A stretch of 64,000 nucleotides of DNA, taken from Thermoanaerobaculia bacterium (GTDB lineage Bacteria > Acidobacteriota > Thermoanaerobaculia > Multivoradales > Multivoraceae). Positions 43,857 to 53,804 of the stretch are shown one piece after another. Within the stretch, counting starts at the first letter, position 1, and each line of letters opens with the position of its first letter. Made by a program: the position numbers and the translations under genes. The stretch is taken from NCBI GenBank assembly GCA_965232105.1, contig OZ246956.1:3781588-3845587 (forward strand), in the 5' to 3' direction. The notes below the pieces were generated by a model. It ran no database searches. It worked only from the letters and a program-made list of their open reading frames with translations, and was not told where the DNA came from.

Positions 43857-46247
43857 TCAGGCCCGAGCAACCGCCGGCCGGTTCAGGACCGCGAGCGCCA
43901 CGAACAGGACCGCTCCCACCCCGTTCACCGCGACGCCCAGAGCCGGACCGCCCAGGTCGGGAACGAGCAGCAGGGCCGCCGAAACCAGCATCAGGACCCG
44001 CAGAGGCCTGCTCAACTCGGAGCGCAGGTAGCCGCTGACCCCCGCGGCCAGAGCCAGGATCCCGACGACCGCCGCGCCCAGGGCGAGCAACAGCGGCGGC
44101 AGGCCGGCGGCCCCGGCCGCGAAGAGGCTCCCACCGTCCTCGTCCATCAACAGCAGCGCCGGCCGGTAGACGAACATGTAGGGCAGCGTGAAGCCGACGA
44201 GGGCGAAGCGGAACGCCGCCAGCGCCGTGCGCATGACTGGCGCCTGCGCCAGGCTGGCTGCCGCGTAGGCCGCCAGCGCTACCGGCGGCGTAACCATGGA
44301 CATCATCCCGAAGTAGAAGATGAACAGGTGCGCGGCGAGCGGAATCACGCCGAGTTCCGACAGCAGCGACCCCATCAGCGTCGCCATGAGCAGGTAGCAG
44401 ACGACGGACGGCACGCCCATCCCGAGGGCGAGCGACGTGACCATGATCCCGAGCAGGGCCAGGAACAGGTTGGTCGCCACGACCGACTTGATCGCGGCGC
44501 TGAAGTCAACCGCGATGCCGGTCTGCTGGACGATGCCGATGATCGTGCCGACGCAGGCGCTCGCGGCGACCAGCGGAATCCCGTTGCGGGCCGCCTTGGT
44601 CAGGGCGCCGAGGATGTGCGGGCGCCACGCGTGGTGAATCAGCCCGAAGACCATCAGCCCGAGCATCGCCACGATCCCCGAGGAGAGCCAGGACTCGAAG
44701 ACCTGCCGGAAAGACGGGTCGGCCGGCGTGTCCGCCCACACGAGCTGATGGACGATCGCAACCGCGCCGAAGCAGCCCAATGTCAGGTAGCGCAGCCTCT
44801 TCGGCAGGTCGAACTCCTTGCGCACCACCGCGAGGAGCAGGATCACGATCAACGACCCGGTGACCGCTCGGAACGGCGAGAACCGCAGCAGCAACAACAG
44901 GATCAGAGCCCCGAGCGCGGAAACGAAGACGATCGCGTCGAAGCGCCGCACCGGCAGCGGCTCGCCTTCCCGCTCCGGCGTCCCGACCCGTCTAGCGTAG
45001 AAGTGGACGATCAGGAAGATCGACAGGTAGAAGAGCACCGCCGGCAACAGGGCCGCCTGCACGATCTGCAGGAAGGTCACCTGGGGCTCGACGATCTCGA
45101 GCATCATGTAGGCGCCGGCGCCCATGACCGGCGGCACCAGCGCACCGCCGGACGCAGCCGCCGCCTCGACCGCCGCCGCCACGTGCCGCCTGAAGCCGTT
45201 GCTGCGCATCATCGGGATGGTGAAGGCGCCGGTCGTCACCGCGTTCGCGACCGCGCTGCCGGACAGCGAGCCCAGAAGGCCGCTGCTGAGTACCGCGACC
45301 TTTGCCGGGCCGCCGGGCTTGGTGCCGAACACCCGTTCGGCGAACCGCATGATGAACTGCGTCGCGCCGGACATCTCGAGGAAGGCCCCGAACACGACGA
45401 ACAGGAAAACGTAGCGGAACATGACCGAGGCCGCCGGGCCGAACACGCCCAGGCTCTGCAGGAAGGTGGTGCCGACCACGTCGCGGGGGTTCTGGCCGGC
45501 ATGCGGGAAGAGCCAGTCCGGCAGGATCGGCCACCCGTTGCGGAGGCTGTAGTAGCAGTACAGCGTGTGCGCGACGAAGACCAGCGCCAGCGCCGGCACG
45601 ATCCAGCCGATGCTGCGCCGGGCCGCCTCGAGGACGAGCACCAGGCCGATCAGCCCGAGCACGATGTCGGCGCCGGTTTCGATTCCGGCCCGGTTGCCGA
45701 GCGATCGGCCTCCCGACCAGAGATGCTCGAAGGCGGGCTCCGTCTGCACGACGACGTACGCGCAGGCCGCCGCCGCCGCGAGGCCCAGCACCAGGTCCAG
45801 ACCGCGCAGCCAACGGTTCGAAGCCAGCCTCGCGTGAACGGGAAAGGCGAGAAAACAGAGCAGCAGGCCGCCGCCGACGAACACCGCCAGCGACGACTGC
45901 GGCAGCAGGACGCCGTAGTTGACCTCGAACAGGACGAAGAAGCACAGACCGACGCCGAGCGCCGCGATCAGGAAGCGGCGGAACCGTTCAAGGCTCGCCG
46001 GACCTGAGCTCGATTCCTCGGCTCCGGCGGATGCGGGCGAGACGCCCGCGTTCCCGGAAGGCACGGCGACTGGCGTGGGCGACTGGTCTGGCGCGCTCAA
46101 CCGGCGGCTTCGGGCCAGACGCCGATCTCGCGGTAGAAGCGTTCCGCGCCCGGATGGAAGGGGGTGCCGGTGTAGCGCGCCACGTTCGCCTCGTTGATCG
46201 CGCGCCCGGCGGGATGCTTGTCGGCCACCGACTGGCGATTGTCCCAA
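43857..46247 (-). CDS. TRAP transporter fused permease (4TM/12TM DctQM-like fusion). True start probably internal, since the ORF-track start overlaps the TAXI gene by 150 nt.
   Basis: ~16+ TM segments. TRAP DctM-like helices. Adjacent to a TAXI receptor. Confidence 0.75.
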   Translation of the reverse strand: MGQSPVGGRQASRRARDQRGERGALHRHPLPSGRGTLLPRDRRLARSRRLSAPDQSPTPVAVPSGNAGVSPASAGAEESSSGPASLERFRRFLIAALGVGLCFFVLFEVNYGVLLPQSSLAVFVGGGLLLCFLAFPVHARLASNRWLRGLDLVLGLAAAAACAYVVVQTEPAFEHLWSGGRSLGNRAGIETGADIVLGLIGLVLVLEAARRSIGWIVPALALVFVAHTLYCYYSLRNGWPILPDWLFPHAGQNPRDVVGTTFLQSLGVFGPAASVMFRYVFLFVVFGAFLEMSGATQFIMRFAERVFGTKPGGPAKVAVLSSGLLGSLSGSAVANAVTTGAFTIPMMRSNGFRRHVAAAVEAAAASGGALVPPVMGAGAYMMLEIVEPQVTFLQIVQAALLPAVLFYLSIFLIVHFYARRVGTPEREGEPLPVRRFDAIVFVSALGALILLLLLRFSPFRAVTGSLIVILLLAVVRKEFDLPKRLRYLTLGCFGAVAIVHQLVWADTPADPSFRQVFESWLSSGIVAMLGLMVFGLIHHAWRPHILGALTKAARNGIPLVAASACVGTIIGIVQQTGIAVDFSAAIKSVVATNLFLALLGIMVTSLALGMGVPSVVCYLLMATLMGSLLSELGVIPLAAHLFIFYFGMMSMVTPPVALAAYAAASLAQAPVMRTALAAFRFALVGFTLPYMFVYRPALLLMDEDGGSLFAAGAAGLPPLLLALGAAVVGILALAAGVSGYLRSELSRPLRVLMLVSAALLLVPDLGGPALGVAVNGVGAVLFVALAVLNRPAVARA

Positions 46248-47092
46248 AGCGTCTTCGTGATCCGGTAGACCAGCTCCTCGTCCGCGTCGGCCGAGGCAAT
46301 CAGGTGCATCGAGCCGACGTTGAGCCCCGGATAGTCCTCGCTCAGGTCCGAGTAGGCGTCGGCCGGAATCGTCGCGAGCTGGAAGAAGGGATAATCGGCG
46401 GCCAGGCGCTGCCGCGTCTCCTCGTCGAATGGCACGAAGCGGATGTCGTAGGTGCTGCTCGCCTGGGTTACCGCGCCGGTGGGCACCGCACCACCCAGGA
46501 ACGCGGCGTCGATCGCACCATCACCCAGCATGTCGACCGCGCCGCTCTGGGTGCCGTACACCTGGGTGAAGTCGTCGTAGGTCACGCCGTGGGCGGCCAG
46601 CAACGGCTCGACGAACATCTCGAAGCCGGCGCCGGCGACGCCGACCATCGCCCGCCGGCCCGCCAGATCGCCCATCCTCGTCACGCCCGAATCCGTCTTC
46701 GTCACGAAGGTCGCGATGTTCGGCGCCAGGGTGGCCACGGCGCGGATGTCGTAGCTCTGCTCCCAACCGGACTCGCCGAGGACCGCGAAGTAGCTGATCG
46801 CCGAGTTGGAGAGTGCGAGTTGCAGTTCGCCCCGCACCAGCCGCCGGATGTTCTCCTGCGATCCCTTGGTGCCCCGCGGTTGCACGCGCCACTCGTTCTC
46901 GCCCCGGTTCTCGTTCAGCACCTCGGCGATCGCGCCGCCGACGACCGGAAAGGCGCCGCCGACCGGCGCGGTTCCCATGCTGAGGAACTGCGGACCGCCG
47001 GACGCTGCGTCGCCGGCGTCGCCGCCACCGCCACCGCCGCAGGCGAGGAAGAAGACGAGCAGAGGGAGCGAAGCGAGGGGTCGAATCTTCAT
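46097..47092 (-). CDS. TRAP transporter solute receptor, TAXI family (lipoprotein)
   Basis: ATG 47092. MKIRPLASLPLLVFFLACGGGGGG lipoprotein signal. TAXI-like body. Confidence 0.75.
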   Translation of the reverse strand: MKIRPLASLPLLVFFLACGGGGGGDAGDAASGGPQFLSMGTAPVGGAFPVVGGAIAEVLNENRGENEWRVQPRGTKGSQENIRRLVRGELQLALSNSAISYFAVLGESGWEQSYDIRAVATLAPNIATFVTKTDSGVTRMGDLAGRRAMVGVAGAGFEMFVEPLLAAHGVTYDDFTQVYGTQSGAVDMLGDGAIDAAFLGGAVPTGAVTQASSTYDIRFVPFDEETRQRLAADYPFFQLATIPADAYSDLSEDYPGLNVGSMHLIASADADEELVYRITKTLWDNRQSVADKHPAGRAINEANVARYTGTPFHPGAERFYREIGVWPEAAG

Positions 47093-47172
47093 GCGGGGAT
47101 TCCTCTCGAACCGCGAAAACGCCAGAACCGGCAAAGCGGGAGCGCGAGATCCTAGCAGGCTGCCGACCGCCC

Positions 47173-48501
47173 TCAGCCGCCCGGCTCGGCGATGCAGTAG
47201 AGGAAGCTCGCGGTGCGCAGATAGAGCCTGCCGGGCGCCACCCCCAGCGACGACAGCGTGAAGCCCTGGACCTCGTTCCTGGACAGGATCTCGAACTCGG
47301 GACCGTCGCGGACGACCGTGGTCACCCCGTCCTCGTTCGTCGCGTAGACCTTGCCGTCGGCAACCAGCAGGGAGGCGCTGTAGGTGCCCGGGGCCAGCCG
47401 CTGGTTCTCCCAGACCGGCTCCCCGGTAGCCGCGTCCAGCCGCGACAGCAAACCGTTGTCTCTCAGGAGATAGAGGGTCTCCCCGTCGGTCGCCGGCGTC
47501 GGCACGTCCGGTCCGCGGTCGGTCTCCCAGAGGATTTCGGGATCGCCGCCGTCGCCAAGTCGCAGCGCCTTCATCGGACTGACGCGGGTGGGCACGAAGA
47601 CCAGGTCGCCCGAAGCGACCGGCGACGCAACGACCCGGTACATCGGGCTGTCCCTCGGGTTGAAGCCCTCCACCCGCCACAGTTCGCGGCCGCTGCCGGG
47701 ATCGTGGCCGGTCGCGACGTCGCCTCCGTTCAAGACGAGAACGTGTCGTTCGCCGCTCTCGACCAGGGCCGGCGTGATGTAGGCGTCCGGCGACTCCATC
47801 CGCGCGCTGGTGGGCCGCTCCTGCCGCCAGATCGTCTCCCCCGAGTCGGCGTCGATTGCCAGCAGGTAGGACGGATCGTCCGTCTTCATGCCGTGCAGTA
47901 CCGGCACGAAGAGCACGTTCCGCCACAGCAGCGCGGAGGAGCCGTAGCCGTGGTTCAGCCCGAAGGCGCCGTAGTCCTGCTCGAGTTCGCGCGCCCAGAG
48001 CTGGTTGCCCTCGAAATCGTAGGCCTGCAGGACGCCGGTGCCGGTCAGCACCCAGACCCGCTCGCCGTCCGTGACCGGCGACGGCGACGACATGTTGTGC
48101 TTGCGCTGGAACCGGTTGCCGCCTGCCACTTTCCGCCGCCAAACGACTTCGCCGGAGTCGGCGTCGACCAGCCACAGGAAGAGGTCGTCCCCTTCCGCCA
48201 CGTTCAGGAAGAGGCGCTTGCCGACGACGATCGGGGTCGAGCCCGAGCGATCCGGAAGGGGCAGTTTCCAGACGATGTTCCGCTCCGTTTCGCCGTCGTG
48301 GGACCACTCTGTTGGCAGACCGGTGTGGGCGCTGTAGCCGTTGCGGTCGGGGCCTCGCCAGTTCGGCCACTCCGAGGCCCAGGTTGCCGTGGCCGCGGCG
48401 CAGCCGGCGAGGACCACGCCGCAGAGCGCCGACCGCCGGCGAGCCCGCCAGCTTTGCCGTCCCGGCTTGACGGGCCCCAATTCCACTGCCGCTCCGTTCA
48501 C
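47173..48501 (-). CDS. PQQ-like beta-propeller repeat protein (BamB-like fold)
   Basis: N-terminal signal followed by WPNWRGPDRNGYS, plus multiple repeats of the PQQ-propeller pattern (...LYAxxxDGxL..LDAxTGExxW). Confidence 0.7.
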   Translation of the reverse strand: MNGAAVELGPVKPGRQSWRARRRSALCGVVLAGCAAATATWASEWPNWRGPDRNGYSAHTGLPTEWSHDGETERNIVWKLPLPDRSGSTPIVVGKRLFLNVAEGDDLFLWLVDADSGEVVWRRKVAGGNRFQRKHNMSSPSPVTDGERVWVLTGTGVLQAYDFEGNQLWARELEQDYGAFGLNHGYGSSALLWRNVLFVPVLHGMKTDDPSYLLAIDADSGETIWRQERPTSARMESPDAYITPALVESGERHVLVLNGGDVATGHDPGSGRELWRVEGFNPRDSPMYRVVASPVASGDLVFVPTRVSPMKALRLGDGGDPEILWETDRGPDVPTPATDGETLYLLRDNGLLSRLDAATGEPVWENQRLAPGTYSASLLVADGKVYATNEDGVTTVVRDGPEFEILSRNEVQGFTLSSLGVAPGRLYLRTASFLYCIAEPGG

Positions 48502-51467
48502 GCCGCCTCCCTTGCCGCGGCCGGCTCGTCCTTTTCTCCCTCTCCGCCGGCCTCATCGCCGGCGGCGTCCGAAGCCTCCGGCATCAGCAGAACCTGGATC
48601 AGGTTGTCGCCGCCGAGGTAGTCTCGGGCCGCGCCCTGGATCATCTCCGCGTCGAGCCGGTCGAACAACTCCTCGTACTCCAGGATGCTCAAGGGATCGT
48701 CCCCGAACTGGTAGACCGACTGCAGCACGCCCAGCCAGAAGCCGTTCGTCTCCTTCGCCGTCTCCCGTCCCCGCCGCTGCTGTTCGCTGACCTGGCCGAC
48801 TTCGTCGTCCGTCGCCGGTTCCTCGCGGATGCGGGCGATCTCCTCGTCGACGGCCTGGAGCATCTCCTCAACCCGGTCCGGATCGCAGCCGAAGCTGATC
48901 TGGACGGCGAACGCCGACACCGGGACGCGCTCGGCGCCGCCGCCGACATTGACGCCGTAGGTCCCGCCGAGTTCCTCCCTCAGACGCTCGCGCAGGCGTT
49001 CCCGCAGCAGCGAAGCCATCGAGTTCAGCCGATAGCGGTTCAACTGGCTCTGCTCGAACGGCCCCGTGTACACCAGGGCGACCTGGCTCTTGTCCTCCAG
49101 CCCCTTGTAGACCGTCCGCTCGATCTGGCCTTCCGGCGTGCGCACGCCCACGTCGCGCCACGTCTCCTCGCGGCCGGAGGACGGGAGGCCGCCAAGCCAT
49201 GTAGCGACCAGCGGTTCTATCGCCTCCAGCTCGAAGCTGCCGGCAAAGAAGAAGATGAAGTCGGAGAAGTCACGAAACCGATCCTCGTAGACGGCGAAGA
49301 TCCGGTCCTCGTCCAGATCCGCCAGCATGTCCTCGGTGAGGATGCGGCGCCGAGGATGCTCCTGGGTGACGACCTCCTGCAGCGTCTTGATCCATGCGTA
49401 CGTCGGCATCGCGCTCTGGTTCCGCAACAGAGCCCCCTGCCGGGTCAGGAAGGACTCGTACGCCTCCGCGTCGCGGCGGGGCGACGTTCCGTTCAGGTAG
49501 ATCAACTCGAACAGCGTCTCCAGGTCCTTGGGCGAGCCACGCCCGCTGATGCCCTCGAAGAGGGGGCCGATGACCGCACCGACCCGCGCGACCTTGCCGG
49601 TCAGCGCCTTGTTCAACTGGGTGAGGCTGAAGTTCCCCAACCCGGAAAGCTGAACCACCGAGGTCGCCAGATTGGCCTCCAGCCAGTCCTCGTCCGAAAC
49701 CAGTGAGGCGCCCCCCGGGCTGAAGGAGGCGACCAGGATCTCGTCGTTCTTGAAGTCGCTCGGGCGTAGCACGACCCGGACGCCGTTCGAGAGCCGCCAT
49801 TCGGTGACCCCGAGTTCCTCGATCGTCGACCGTTCGACGATCCGGCCCGGCGACGGTCGAACGGGCACCAGCGCGCCCTCGCCGACATCGTCCTCGTAGG
49901 CCGCGACCTCGACCTGTTCGACCCGGTCGAAGGCGGCCAGCAGTTCCTCTTCCCGTGGCTGCTCGAGCCCCTCCTTCTCCGGGCCGCTGGCAAGAATCAC
50001 GCGATCGTGGTCGTGGATCCAGGAATCGGCGATCGCGTTGACTTCGGCCAACTCGATGTCCGGCACGTACCGCCGCGCCAGCTCCCGTTCGTAGGCGACC
50101 TCCGGAAACGGCTCATCGGTCAGGAAGTTGCGCTGGTACTCGCCGGTGTAGGCGGCGGAGTGGGTCTTGTCCCGCTCGTCGTAGGCCCGGTCCATCGACC
50201 GCAGCGTGTTGACCTTCGCCCGCTCCAGCTCGCTCTCTTCGAAACCATGCCTGCGGGCTCGCTCCGACTCCGTCAGCACCGCTTCAAGCGCCCGCACGGC
50301 GCCACCCTCGCGAGCACCGGCCGCGAGCACATAGAGGCTGCGCCTGCGAGCGAGGGTTCCCCTGCTACTGATGGCGCCGAGGAACGGCGGGTCGGCCTCC
50401 TCGGCCCGCTCCGCCAACCGGTTGTTCAGTATCCCGTTGTAGAGGCCGCGGACCAGCCGCGCGCGGTAGTCGGCCACGGTGACGAACGGATCCGCCGGCC
50501 CCTTGTACGCAACCGAGACCGAGGAGCGCGGCAACTCGCGGTCGCTGAACACGGACACCAGCGTCTCTTCGTGTGGAGGTATCTCGGCTTCGAACCGCTC
50601 ACGCGGCTCGTCCGGCCCCTCGAGCCTGCCGAATCGGTCCCGGATCTCCGACTCCACTTCCTCCGCGTCGAAATCGCCGACGGCGACCACCGCCATCAGA
50701 TCGGGCCGGTACCAGTCGCGGTAGAAGTCCCGGAGCCGCTCGGGCGGCGCTTCCCGCAGCATCTCCGGATCGCCGATCGGCAACCGCTCGGCGTAGCGCG
50801 AGCCGTGGAAGCGGTACGGAATCTCGGCATCCAGGAGGCGCGCTCCGGCGCCCCGGTCGCCCCTCCACTCCTCGATGACCACGCCCCGCTCGCGCTCGAT
50901 CTCCTCGTCCTCCAGGCTGACGCCGGACGCCCAGTCCTCAAGCACCAGAAGCGCCGTGTCGAGAATCTCAGGGTCGTCGGTCGGCACTTCCAGCATGTAG
51001 ACCGTTTCGTCGAAGCCCGTGTAGGCGTTGATGTCGGGCCCGAAGCGCATCCCGATGCCTTGCAGGTAGTCGAGCAACTCCGACTTCTCGAAGTTCCTCG
51101 TGCCCTTGAACGCCATGTGCTCGACGAAGTGCGCCAGACCGCGCTGGTCGTCGTCCTCGAGCACGGAGCCCGCACGCACGATGAGCCGCAGGAAGGCCCG
51201 GTTCTCCGGCCGGCCATTGGCGCGCACGTAGTACCGAAGACCGTTGTCCAGTTCTCCGGTCAGCACGGCAGGATCCTGGGGCAGGACCTCGGTCAGCTCC
51301 CAGGTCCAGTCGCCGCCAACCTCCGCCGTTTCGCCGGCGGCTTCCTCCTGCGCGACGGCGGCGGTGACGCCGGCGACGAAGACAGACAGCGAGACGATTC
51401 CAACCAGGACACCGCGTTTCACCCTCAGCCCCGAAGGGCAACTCCACTCGATCATCGTTCCTCCCAA
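48498..51467 (-). CDS. PqqL-like periplasmic zinc metallopeptidase with two M16 (pitrilysin) units
   Basis: Inverted zinc-binding motif HFVEHMAFKG (HxxEH) and downstream E residues. 989 aa. N-terminal signal peptide. Confidence 0.85.
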   Translation of the reverse strand: MGGTMIEWSCPSGLRVKRGVLVGIVSLSVFVAGVTAAVAQEEAAGETAEVGGDWTWELTEVLPQDPAVLTGELDNGLRYYVRANGRPENRAFLRLIVRAGSVLEDDDQRGLAHFVEHMAFKGTRNFEKSELLDYLQGIGMRFGPDINAYTGFDETVYMLEVPTDDPEILDTALLVLEDWASGVSLEDEEIERERGVVIEEWRGDRGAGARLLDAEIPYRFHGSRYAERLPIGDPEMLREAPPERLRDFYRDWYRPDLMAVVAVGDFDAEEVESEIRDRFGRLEGPDEPRERFEAEIPPHEETLVSVFSDRELPRSSVSVAYKGPADPFVTVADYRARLVRGLYNGILNNRLAERAEEADPPFLGAISSRGTLARRRSLYVLAAGAREGGAVRALEAVLTESERARRHGFEESELERAKVNTLRSMDRAYDERDKTHSAAYTGEYQRNFLTDEPFPEVAYERELARRYVPDIELAEVNAIADSWIHDHDRVILASGPEKEGLEQPREEELLAAFDRVEQVEVAAYEDDVGEGALVPVRPSPGRIVERSTIEELGVTEWRLSNGVRVVLRPSDFKNDEILVASFSPGGASLVSDEDWLEANLATSVVQLSGLGNFSLTQLNKALTGKVARVGAVIGPLFEGISGRGSPKDLETLFELIYLNGTSPRRDAEAYESFLTRQGALLRNQSAMPTYAWIKTLQEVVTQEHPRRRILTEDMLADLDEDRIFAVYEDRFRDFSDFIFFFAGSFELEAIEPLVATWLGGLPSSGREETWRDVGVRTPEGQIERTVYKGLEDKSQVALVYTGPFEQSQLNRYRLNSMASLLRERLRERLREELGGTYGVNVGGGAERVPVSAFAVQISFGCDPDRVEEMLQAVDEEIARIREEPATDDEVGQVSEQQRRGRETAKETNGFWLGVLQSVYQFGDDPLSILEYEELFDRLDAEMIQGAARDYLGGDNLIQVLLMPEASDAAGDEAGGEGEKDEPAAAREAA

Positions 51468-51479
51468 TAGTCCGAGGCG

Positions 51480-52232
51480 TCAGCGCCCGCCTGCGGCAGC
51501 CGCCCCGCCTTCCACTCGCACCACCGCGCCGGCGGGGAGCGCCTCGACCAGCGCCGCGAGCGCCAGGTCCGCGGCGCCGCGGCTACGGCTGTCCACCGTC
51601 AGTTTGACCCGATAGTCGCCGTCCATCACCGGATAGCTCCCGATCTCCACCTCGGCGTGGGCCGCAACGACAAGATCGAGCATCTCGGCGATGTCCGTTT
51701 CGCGGCACATCGTGTACACCGCCCGGCTGTAGAAACGGCGACCGGCCGCCAACCGGTCCCGCAGCAGGGGCAGCTTCATGCGGAAGATCCGCGGCACCCC
51801 CGGCAGGACGTATACGTTGTCCATCACGACGGAAGGCCAGGGCACGTCCGGCGTGCTGACCAGGTCGGCGCCTTCCGGCACGTCGGCCATTCGCAGGTGG
51901 CCCTCCGTGCAGCGCTCCCCCACCATCTCGCGGATCCTGGTCACCAGTTCCGGCGAGCGCACCAGGGGCCGGTCAAAGGCGGCAGCCACCGCCTTCAGGG
52001 TGACGTCGTCGTGCGTCGGACCGACGCCGCCCGAAGTGATCACGTAGTCGAAGCGGTCTCTGAGCCGCTCGATGTCGCCCGCGATGCCGGCGATGTCGTC
52101 GGGGCAGACGACCACTCGGCGCAGCTCGATTCCCAGGCCGAACAACTCGCGCGCAAGCAGCGTCAGGTTCGCCTCCTCGACCTTGCCGGTGAGGATTTCG
52201 TTCCCGATGATCAACGCCGCCGCCGTGGGCAT
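51480..52232 (-). CDS. CinA-like / MoCF-biosynthesis (MoaB/MogA-fold) domain protein
   Basis: MPTAAALIIGNEILTGKVEEANLTLLARELFGLGIELRRVVVCPDD...YVITSGGVGPTHDDVT matches the CinA N-terminal molybdopterin-binding-like domain. Confidence 0.65.
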   Translation of the reverse strand: MPTAAALIIGNEILTGKVEEANLTLLARELFGLGIELRRVVVCPDDIAGIAGDIERLRDRFDYVITSGGVGPTHDDVTLKAVAAAFDRPLVRSPELVTRIREMVGERCTEGHLRMADVPEGADLVSTPDVPWPSVVMDNVYVLPGVPRIFRMKLPLLRDRLAAGRRFYSRAVYTMCRETDIAEMLDLVVAAHAEVEIGSYPVMDGDYRVKLTVDSRSRGAADLALAALVEALPAGAVVRVEGGAAAAGGR

Positions 52233-52241
52233 CGGCGTAGC

Positions 52242-53033
52242 TTACCGGCCCACGAAACGGGGCGGCCGGCGCTCGGTCAATGCCTGCACCCCCTCGCGCG
52301 CATCGGCCGTGCGGAAGGTGACCTCCTGCTCCGTGCTCTCCAGTTCGAGGGCCTCGTCGATCGACCGCTCGAAGGCGCCGCGCACGGTCCGCTTGGTCGC
52401 CTTCACCGCCACCGGGCCCGAGGCCGCGATCTCCATCGCCAGGTCTTCGACGACCTGGTCGAAGTCGTCGTCCGCCTCGCGACTGGCGATGCCCCAGTCG
52501 ACCGCCGTCGCCGCATCGATCAGCCGGCCGCTGTACAGGAGTTCGGCGGCGCGTGCGGGACCGATCAGGCGCGGGAGCGTCCAGGTCGCCGCCATGCCGG
52601 GGTGGATACCGAGACGCACGAAGGTCATCCCCACCCGCGCGCCCGTCCTGATCACCCGCATGTCGCACCCGAGCGCGAAGCACAGGCCGGCGCCGATCGC
52701 ATGGCCGTTGATCGCCGCTATCGACGGCGCCTCAAGGTCGCGGACGGAGAGGTAGAGACGGTAGAAGTTCGCGCCGCCGCCAAGGCCGGGGCCCGAATCC
52801 GGATCTTCGCTGACCTCCTCCTGGATGCTCTTCAGGCTGCCGCCGGCGCTGAACGCGCGGCCGGCGCCGCGGACGATGACCACCCGGGTGTCGTCCCGTT
52901 CGTTGATCAGCGGCACGGCCTCCCGGATCTCGGCGCCCATCGCGGACGTCATCGCGTTCAACTGCGACGGCACGTTCAGGGTCAACCGCGTGATCGGGCC
53001 CTGGTGGTCCAGCAGGATGTGTTCGAAGCTCAT
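52242..53033 (-). CDS. Enoyl-CoA hydratase/isomerase (crotonase) family
   Basis: Crotonase-fold motifs (VIVRGAGRAFSAGGSL; AAINGHAIGAGLCFALGCDMRV). Confidence 0.8.
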   Translation of the reverse strand: MSFEHILLDHQGPITRLTLNVPSQLNAMTSAMGAEIREAVPLINERDDTRVVIVRGAGRAFSAGGSLKSIQEEVSEDPDSGPGLGGGANFYRLYLSVRDLEAPSIAAINGHAIGAGLCFALGCDMRVIRTGARVGMTFVRLGIHPGMAATWTLPRLIGPARAAELLYSGRLIDAATAVDWGIASREADDDFDQVVEDLAMEIAASGPVAVKATKRTVRGAFERSIDEALELESTEQEVTFRTADAREGVQALTERRPPRFVGR

Positions 53034-53074
53034 GGCGTGCGTACTCCTTCGACTATGAGGATTCCGGGGCTAGA

Positions 53075-53650
53075 ATGCGGCGCATGCTAACGATCACCGA
53101 GCTGGCACAGAAGAAGGTCGCCGAAGCGATGAAGGACGAGGAGCGCGACGACCTCGCTCTTCGCATCGCGATCACCGGCCGCGGCGGTGGCGGTTTCCGC
53201 TACCAGATGGACCTGGTGGGAACAGACGAGACCCGGCCCGGCGACGAGGTGGTGGACACCGACGCGTTCAAGGTCTTCATCGACCCGGAGAGCGCCCCGG
53301 ACCTCGAGGGCGCCACGATCGACTTCATCACCCGACTCTCCGAGAGCGGCTTCAAGTTCGACAACCCGAACTCCGTCTGGGGCGAGGGCGCCGCCGCCGA
53401 CGTACAGCGCGTCCTCGACGACCAGATCAATCCTCAGATCGCCGCCCATGGCGGCTTCGTCACCCTGCTCGAGGTCAAGGACGAGACGGCGTTCATCACG
53501 ATGGGCGGCGGCTGCCAGGGCTGCGGCATGGCCGACCAAACCCTGAAGCAGGGCGTCGAACAGGCCATTCTCGAGGCGGTGCCGACCGTGCGTCGCGTGC
53601 TCGACACGACGGACCACGCCGCCGGCACGAACCCGTACTACGCGCCGTAG
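53075..53650 (+). CDS. nfuA: Fe/S biogenesis protein NfuA (A-type-like N-domain + Nfu C-domain)
   Basis: 191 aa. C-terminal Nfu CxxC (GGGCQGCGMAD). Confidence 0.8.
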   Translation: MRRMLTITELAQKKVAEAMKDEERDDLALRIAITGRGGGGFRYQMDLVGTDETRPGDEVVDTDAFKVFIDPESAPDLEGATIDFITRLSESGFKFDNPNSVWGEGAAADVQRVLDDQINPQIAAHGGFVTLLEVKDETAFITMGGGCQGCGMADQTLKQGVEQAILEAVPTVRRVLDTTDHAAGTNPYYAP

Positions 53651-53758
53651 GGCCGGGTACCAGGGGGGAGCCGGCTGTCCTCCTTGCGTGTTGCCGATCC
53701 CCCACCGTTGTGGAATAGTCCCTCACTGGTTGAGCGACGCGTTCCGATTCGCCCTCGC

Positions 53759-53792
53759 TCGCCGGAATAGAGCTCGATCGCCGGAATAGAGC
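53759..53792 (+). promoter_or_regulatory. Two direct copies of TCGCCGGAATAGAGC, 19 bp apart centre-to-centre, ~15 nt upstream of the nqrA start. Candidate regulator-binding site.
   Basis: Read directly. A third partial copy, GGAATAG, sits at ~53712. Confidence 0.35.
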
Positions 53793-53804
53793 ACGTCTCG
53801 ATCG

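Noticed and set aside
53075-53650. NfuA N-terminal A-type domain lacking the usual Fe-S ligand cysteines
   Set aside because: The degenerate, cysteine-less A-type domain is a known feature of NfuA, so this is not a novelty. The C-terminal CxxC is intact.
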